64,000 nucleotides of DNA from Deltaproteobacteria bacterium (GTDB lineage: Bacteria > Myxococcota > Kuafuiibacteriia > Kuafuiibacteriales > Kuafuiibacteriaceae). The translations under genes and the position numbers were made by a program. Under the pieces are notes generated by a model. That model searched no databases and was not told where the DNA came from. It saw nothing but the letters and a program-made list of their open reading frames with translations. How positions within the stretch are numbered: the stretch's first letter is position 1; each line of letters begins with the position of its first letter. The stretch covers positions 85,148-149,147 of the forward strand of contig JAVJQW010000003.1 of assembly GCA_040218735.1 (NCBI GenBank). Direction: 5' to 3'. Positions 58,715-64,000 of this stretch are shown here, piece by piece.

Positions 58715-60384
58715 TTGGGCTCCAAGGCGTCGATCAGCGCGGCGATGCGGCCGAGGTCGTACGCGTCCGACGACGTCATCAGCCGCGGCAGCGCGTTCGT
58801 CGTGAGCGCCTCCTCCCAGAGCATCACGCGCTCGCGCGCCGCGATGTGGGGATCGCGGCGCGGGAGGTCCGCGAGGATGCGGTGCGCCGCGAGCGTGAGT
58901 GCGGCGAGCCCTTCGGCGAGCGTCGCGTAGTGGTAGGGGCGCAAGCCGAACAGATGGTCGCGCACGAAGCGCGTGGCTTCCAGGTGGGCGAGCTCGCGGG
59001 GGGAGCGGATTTCATTCGCTTCGCTGTTGGTGGCGCCTGCGCGACGCGCGGAGCCTCCGCGGCGCACTCGAATTTCATTCGCTTCGCTGATGGCGGCGCC
59101 ACCGCGGTGCGCGGAGCCTCCGCGCGGCGCTCGGATTTCATTGGCCTCGCCGATGGTGGCGCCTGCGCGGCGCGAGGGGCCTCCGCGGCGCGCTCGGATT
59201 TCATTCGCTTCGCCGATGGCGGCGCCCCCGCGGCGCGCGGAGCCTCCGCGCGGCGCTCGGATTTCATTCGCTTCGTTGATGGTGGCGCCTGCGTGCCGCG
59301 AGGGGCCTCCGCGGCGCGCTCGAATTTCATTCGCTTCGCCAACGAGACGGCGTACGTCGCGCCGCACCTCGCGGCGCCTCGGGTGGGCGCCGCCCGCGAG
59401 GGCCGCCGCGACGTAGACGTCGTCCGAGGTCAGCGCTCCGAGGGCCTCCGCGAGATCGCCTCCACCGCGGCGCCTGCGCGATGACGGGACTGCCGCCGCC
59501 AACCCCGCCACCGCGGCCCGCAAGATGTCGAACGCCGACCCCTCCGACGTCGCCGCGTGCAGCGCCGCCACCGCCGGCGCGCTCGCCATCTCGTTGGTCC
59601 GATCCACCCGCGTTCGTTCCGGCACCGTGTACACCCGCCCCGCGCGCCGCGCGCGCGACGCGAGCGCCACGCGCTGCGAGGACAGCGGCGCCCCACCGAA
59701 CGCGCCGCACGCACACCGGTGCGCCACGGACGCGAACACCGTCCCGCCGAGCTGCGCGAAGACAAACGGAAAGATCCGACACGCGTCCGGATACGCCGCG
59801 CGCTCGTGGATCCGGCAGCGCCGCGCGTCGTCGAGGAACGGACACGACCGCTCGTTGTCGAGCGCAAACGTCCACGGCTGCCCGGGCGAAGTCGGCACCA
59901 TCCCCACCGGATCGACATCGGGCCCCAGCACCCGAAGCGCCGCGCGCCGCACCGACGCCGCCTGCGGAGGTGTCAACGGAATCACGTACCCCTGCTCGCA
60001 GCACGTGCCCGCGCCCGTGCAGGTGAAGGTCGCGTCGGGGTGCACGGCGATTGTGAACGCGGGATCCAGCGGCGAACGCGACCACTGCGGCGCCCAGTCA
60101 TCCGACGCGGCACGCGACACCACGGGTATGGCGGAAGACGGCGCGAGCCGATCCGTCCACAGCCCCAGCGCCCCGACCTGCTCCGAGAACCCCGCGACCA
60201 CCTCTTCGGTGAGCCCGACGTCCGAAGCGATCTCCGCGACCGAACGCCCGTCGAACGCCTCGGCGAGGCGCCACCCCTCCTCGGGGAACTCGAACTGTCG
60301 CCCCGACCCCGGATCGTAGACGAGCCACACCCCCGCCTCGACGGGGTGAGGCCCCGCGATCAGCTCCGGACGCAGCCGGTTCAA
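58711..60384 (-). CDS. YkgJ/FliB-like Cys-cluster protein with PqqD-like N-terminus and internal repeat insertion
   Basis: F.CTGAG.CC, CPFL, C.IH, P..CR.FPF; overlaps the hflX stop and the downstream start. Confidence 0.75.
   Translation of the reverse strand: MNRLRPELIAGPHPVEAGVWLVYDPGSGRQFEFPEEGWRLAEAFDGRSVAEIASDVGLTEEVVAGFSEQVGALGLWTDRLAPSSAIPVVSRAASDDWAPQWSRSPLDPAFTIAVHPDATFTCTGAGTCCEQGYVIPLTPPQAASVRRAALRVLGPDVDPVGMVPTSPGQPWTFALDNERSCPFLDDARRCRIHERAAYPDACRIFPFVFAQLGGTVFASVAHRCACGAFGGAPLSSQRVALASRARRAGRVYTVPERTRVDRTNEMASAPAVAALHAATSEGSAFDILRAAVAGLAAAVPSSRRRRGGGDLAEALGALTSDDVYVAAALAGGAHPRRREVRRDVRRLVGEANEIRARRGGPSRHAGATINEANEIRAPRGGSARRGGAAIGEANEIRARRGGPSRRAGATIGEANEIRAPRGGSAHRGGAAISEANEIRVRRGGSARRAGATNSEANEIRSPRELAHLEATRFVRDHLFGLRPYHYATLAEGLAALTLAAHRILADLPRRDPHIAARERVMLWEEALTTNALPRLMTSSDAYDLGRIAALIDALEPK
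59006..59339. repeat. In-frame 63-bp tandem repeat (six cores, five full units)
   Basis: Core CG(G/A)ATTTCATT(C/G)GC(T/C)TCG at 59006, 59069, 59132, 59195, 59258 and 59321; encodes EANEIRxxRGG... Confidence 0.92.
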
Positions 60385-62066
60385 TGGGCGTTGGAGGCCA
60401 CGACCGCGACGTCCGAGCCGACGTCGGGCTTGTTCGCGAAGACACGCTCGCGGATCGCCTCCGTGAGCGCTTCGAAACCGACGCGGTCCTGCGCGCTGAT
60501 CGCCACGCCCCCGGTGACTCGCTTCAGCGCGGACACCATCGGCCGCGGCGTCGCGTCGATCTTGTTGATGACGACGAGCCGCTCGATCGCATCCACGCCC
60601 AGCTCCACGAGGATCGCCTCGACCGCCTTGCGCTTCTGATCCACCAGCGAGTCCGATCCGTCGATGACGTGGAGGATCAGGTCCGACTCCACGAGCTCCT
60701 CGAGCGTCGCCTTGAAGGCGTTCACCAGATCCTGCGGCAGGTCACGAATGAACCCGACGGTGTCGGTGAGGATGATCTCCTCCTCCTCCGGGAACCGCAG
60801 CCGCCGCGTCGTCGTATCCAGCGTCGCAAAGAGTTTGTTCTCCGCGATCACCTCGGCGTTCGTCAGCGCGTTGAGCAGCGTCGACTTGCCCGCGTTGGTG
60901 TACCCGACGATCGACACCACCGGCACGTTGTTCGCGTGCCGCCGCTTGCGGCGGACGTTGCGCTGCACCGACAGCTTCTCGATCTGCTGCTCGAGCGCGT
61001 GAATCCGATCGCGCGCGCGGCGCCGGTGGATCTCGAGCTTCGTCTCACCCGGACCCTGCCCACCGATGCCACCCGTCAGGCGGCTCATCGCCGTGCTCTT
61101 CTCGATCAATCGCGGCAGCGTGTATTTCAGCTGCGCGAGCTCGACCTGCAGCTTGCCGTCCCGGCTCTTCGCGTGCTGCGCGAAGATGTCGAGGATCAGT
61201 TGCGTGCGGTCGATGACCTTGAGGTCTGTCTCGTTCGTGATCGCGCGGAGCTGCGACGGCGACAGGTCACGATCGAAGATGATGATCTCCGCCCCGAGCT
61301 CCAGCGCGCGCAGCGTGATCTCCTCGATCTTGCCGCGCCCGAGCACGGTCCGCGGATCGATCTGACGCCGCACCTGGATCACCGAATCCACGATGTGCAC
61401 CCCCGCGGTGCGCGCGAGCTCTTCGAGCTCCGTCATCGAGTCCTCGGCCTGCTGCCGAACCTTCGGCGCCGACGCCCAGACGCCGACCAACATCGCGGAG
61501 TCCCGCGCGACGCGCTGCGCGTCGCCCGCGAACAACCGCGACATCTCGGCTTCCGCGTCGAAGACGAGCTGCATCCCGTTCTCGGGGAGCTCGTAGACGG
61601 ATCGCACCGTCTCCTCGCGCGGCTTCACCGCCTTGTCGCGCCGATCCGGATCGAGGTGCGCCCAGTGCGCCTGCTGCGGGTTGCCGCCCGGGTCGACTTC
61701 GATGACGACGACGGCGTCGAGGCGCAGCTTCGAGAGGTCGGCGAGGTCCTCGCGCGTCAGCCCCTGCCCGCGCAGCTCGGTGCGGATCAGCCGCAGACCG
61801 CGCAGGCGTCCCTGGCCACCACGGGTGCGGCCGATGTCGGGGAGGTAGAGGCGTGAGGGTTCGCCGACGATGACCCGGACGATGTGACCGCCGCGGTCGA
61901 TCAGAAGACCGAGTTGGCGGTTCACCTCCCGCGACAGGTCCGCGACGTGGCGGCTCAGCTCGCCGGAGACGAGCTCGTCGCCACGGACCTTTCGCCGGAA
62001 TGTCGCTTGGATTCGCTTGGTCTGGCGGGCCTTGAGCCCCTGGGTGTGCCCATCGAGTGGTCGCAT
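60381..62066 (-). CDS. hflX: GTPase HflX (long form)
   Basis: GGQGPGE, GYTNAGKS, LFATLD, DTVGFI, NKID, ISA. Confidence 0.97.
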   Translation of the reverse strand: MRPLDGHTQGLKARQTKRIQATFRRKVRGDELVSGELSRHVADLSREVNRQLGLLIDRGGHIVRVIVGEPSRLYLPDIGRTRGGQGRLRGLRLIRTELRGQGLTREDLADLSKLRLDAVVVIEVDPGGNPQQAHWAHLDPDRRDKAVKPREETVRSVYELPENGMQLVFDAEAEMSRLFAGDAQRVARDSAMLVGVWASAPKVRQQAEDSMTELEELARTAGVHIVDSVIQVRRQIDPRTVLGRGKIEEITLRALELGAEIIIFDRDLSPSQLRAITNETDLKVIDRTQLILDIFAQHAKSRDGKLQVELAQLKYTLPRLIEKSTAMSRLTGGIGGQGPGETKLEIHRRRARDRIHALEQQIEKLSVQRNVRRKRRHANNVPVVSIVGYTNAGKSTLLNALTNAEVIAENKLFATLDTTTRRLRFPEEEEIILTDTVGFIRDLPQDLVNAFKATLEELVESDLILHVIDGSDSLVDQKRKAVEAILVELGVDAIERLVVINKIDATPRPMVSALKRVTGGVAISAQDRVGFEALTEAIRERVFANKPDVGSDVAVVASNAH

Positions 62067-62137
62067 GTCGGGCTAGTCGATTTGAGCTTTAGGGGATCTT
62101 TGGGGAAGGAGGCAAGCGTGCGTATAGTGCCCACCGC

Positions 62138-63499
62138 ATGGTCCTGCGCAGCCGAACGCGTCCGAGGACCTATCTCCTCGAACAGCGGCTCGCCGCCGGT
62201 GGTATGGGCGAGGTCTACACGGCGGTCACGCCGGACCTGAACCGCCGCGTCGCCGTCAAACGGATGCTCGACGCGGACGCCTCCGACGAGGACCTGAAGC
62301 TCCTGTTCCTGCGCGAAGTTGCGGTGGCCGCGACACTCGAACATCACAACGTCGTCGAGGTCCTCGACGCCGGGCAAAACGGGCACGAGCTGTTCCTGGT
62401 GATGGAGTACGTGGACGGGCCCTCGCTCGCGGAGATCGCAGAGGTCCTCCGGCGGCAGGGCAAGATCCTCCCGATCGAGGTGTCCTGCGGCATCGTGTCC
62501 CAGATCGCCCGGGGCCTCGGCCACGCCCACACGCGCGCGATGCCGGACGGTACGCCGCTGGGGATCGTGCACCGCGACGTCGCGCCCGAGAACGTCCTGA
62601 TCGGCACCGACGGCATCCCGAAGATCGTGGATTTCGGGCTCGCGAAGCTCTCCGGCCACAGCCTCACGCAGCCCGGCGTGATCCGCGGACGGCCACGCTC
62701 GCTCTCACCCGAGCAAGCCCGCGGCGACCCGGTCGACGCCCGCGCCGACATCTTCTCGCTCGGCGCCCTCCTCTTCGAGCTGACCTCCGGCCAACCGCTG
62801 TACGCCGGCGACCAAGTCGCGACGCTCCTGTGGAAGGTCGCGGCGGGTGACTACGACCCGCTCGAGCCGCGCCTCACCCACGTCGACGCCGACCTCACCG
62901 CGATCATCCAGCGCGCCGTCGCGGTCGACGCCGACGATCGCTTCCGCTCCGCGCGCGAGATGGAACGTGCGCTCGACGCCTTCCGCGCCGCGCGCGGGAT
63001 GCGCATGTCGGCGCGCGCGCTCGCTCAGGTCGTCACGATCACCTGGCCCGCCATTCAGAAGATGCGGCAGGAGCGACTCGACGGCACCGCCGGTGAGCTC
63101 GAAGGCAGCAACCTCGTCCTGCCCGCCGATCGCCTCGACGGCGGCGACACCCTCGACGGCACGAAGTCCGGCGACGTCTCCGGCGGCTTCTCCGTCCCCG
63201 CGAACGTGCAGTCGCCCGCGATACCGGCGCCGCCCGTCGCCGCGCCGCCGTCGCCGCTGACCCAGCCCGTCGCGACGAGGACCTCCGACGCCTACCCGCG
63301 TCCCAACCTCGCGCCGGCCGCGTGGACCGAGCTGCCGCGCCCGTCCGCGCCCGCGTTCACGCAAAACTTGGAGCGCCCCGCGGGCGTGGTGTGGCTGGCG
63401 TACATCGCCGCGGTGCTGATCGCCGCCGCCGTCGCGTTCGGGTTCGTGTGGACGAGCGAACAGGCTCCGCCCACGTCGCACGCCGAGCGAGCGAACTAG
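62138..63499 (+). CDS. Membrane Ser/Thr protein kinase
   Basis: GGMGEVY, AVK, HRDV.PEN, DFG, SPEQ, DIFS; Pro-rich linker and C-terminal TM. Confidence 0.93.
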   Translation: MVLRSRTRPRTYLLEQRLAAGGMGEVYTAVTPDLNRRVAVKRMLDADASDEDLKLLFLREVAVAATLEHHNVVEVLDAGQNGHELFLVMEYVDGPSLAEIAEVLRRQGKILPIEVSCGIVSQIARGLGHAHTRAMPDGTPLGIVHRDVAPENVLIGTDGIPKIVDFGLAKLSGHSLTQPGVIRGRPRSLSPEQARGDPVDARADIFSLGALLFELTSGQPLYAGDQVATLLWKVAAGDYDPLEPRLTHVDADLTAIIQRAVAVDADDRFRSAREMERALDAFRAARGMRMSARALAQVVTITWPAIQKMRQERLDGTAGELEGSNLVLPADRLDGGDTLDGTKSGDVSGGFSVPANVQSPAIPAPPVAAPPSPLTQPVATRTSDAYPRPNLAPAAWTELPRPSAPAFTQNLERPAGVVWLAYIAAVLIAAAVAFGFVWTSEQAPPTSHAERAN

Positions 63500-63577
63500 G
63501 CTGAGGCCCGGCGCGGAGCGGCGGGTCCGAAGACTGTGCCCAGGTCACTCGCGAAGCGAGCGACCGTTATGGCCTAG
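63496..63577 (+). repeat. 82-bp element family A copy 2
   Basis: CTAGGC...GCCTAG inverted ends; supplies the kinase TAG stop. Confidence 0.9.
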
Positions 63578-63599
63578 GCTCAATGCCGATCACGCAGCG

Positions 63600-63990
63600 G
63601 ATCTGGCCCGCCGCACAGGCCGTAGGCGGGGAATGACGTGCCCGACGCACGCTGGAACCGTCGCCCGACGTGGGAGCGCCCCCGCCAGCCCGCGCGGCCC
63701 GCGCTCCACGTCGGCAGGAGTCCGGCGGTCGGCTCCGCTCGATGGTCCGCGGCACTCGCAGATGCTCCCATGTCGCGCTCGCGGCGCGGCCATCCCCCAG
63801 GTGGATCTTCGCGGCTTTGCCCGCGAGGAACCCAAGCCGCCTTCGACGCGTTCACGAGGCCACTGGAATCAGCGTCGGATGATTGCGCCGACGGCGGTCG
63901 AGGGCTGCGATGGACCGGTGAGGTTCGCCGGCTGGTGAGAGGGGATGGCCGGTCGCGCAAGTTGAGTTGCAGAAGAAGTCTTCTTTTCGT
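63600..63990 (+). ncRNA. Candidate large structured non-coding RNA (unidentified)
   Basis: No credible ORF; at least seven complementary helices, G-U pairs favouring the + strand, one crossing 11-bp helix, and a T-rich 3' end. Confidence 0.4.
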
Positions 63991-64000
63991 TTTCTGGGGG

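Noticed and set aside
59006-59339. Possible CRISPR array (regular period, GAATGAAAT-like core)
   Set aside because: The intervening segments are homologous to each other, the array is in frame within a gene, and no cas genes are in the window.
63580-63960. 126-aa minus-strand ORF and overlapping short ORFs
   Set aside because: Low-complexity translations with no coding-like codon bias or motifs.
63600-63990. RNase P RNA, tmRNA or cobalamin riboswitch
   Set aside because: No GAGGAAAGUCC, no tRNA-like ends, and the lone GCCACTG lacks the rest of the B12 box.

Overview
High-GC bacterial chromosomal window, most likely Myxococcota (MYXO-CTERM tail, two Hanks-type kinases, many Cys-rich lipoproteins). 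About 58 genes can be supported. Housekeeping genes include panB, a deoxynucleoside kinase, murA, clsB, bioD, gpsA and hflX. There are many exported hydrolases (PGRP-type amidase with SLH domains, GH18, GH31, M20 peptidase, MBL hydrolase) and two MoxR/DUF58 modules. No rRNA, tRNA, transposase or CRISPR array was recognised. Main leads: (1) a ~1.5 kb lower-GC islet with a divergent HNH nuclease and WYL regulator, separated by two 36-bp symmetric GATC-periodic boxes and a leader hairpin; (2) a ~400-nt non-coding, heavily base-paired, apparently pseudoknotted segment at the right edge; (3) a dispersed 82-bp two-hairpin element in three copies with compensatory changes; (4) a PqqD/RRE-like + YkgJ Fe-S protein carrying an in-frame 63-bp palindromic repeat array; (5) an RDD-SpoIIM-FHA/DUF4129/DUF4350-MoxR-DUF58 operon coupled to a kinase; (6) sigma-54-type promoters 15-19 nt upstream of start codons; (7) an in-frame TGA just after a lipobox. 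All calls come from reading motifs by eye; no searches or folding programs were run, and start codons are best estimates.
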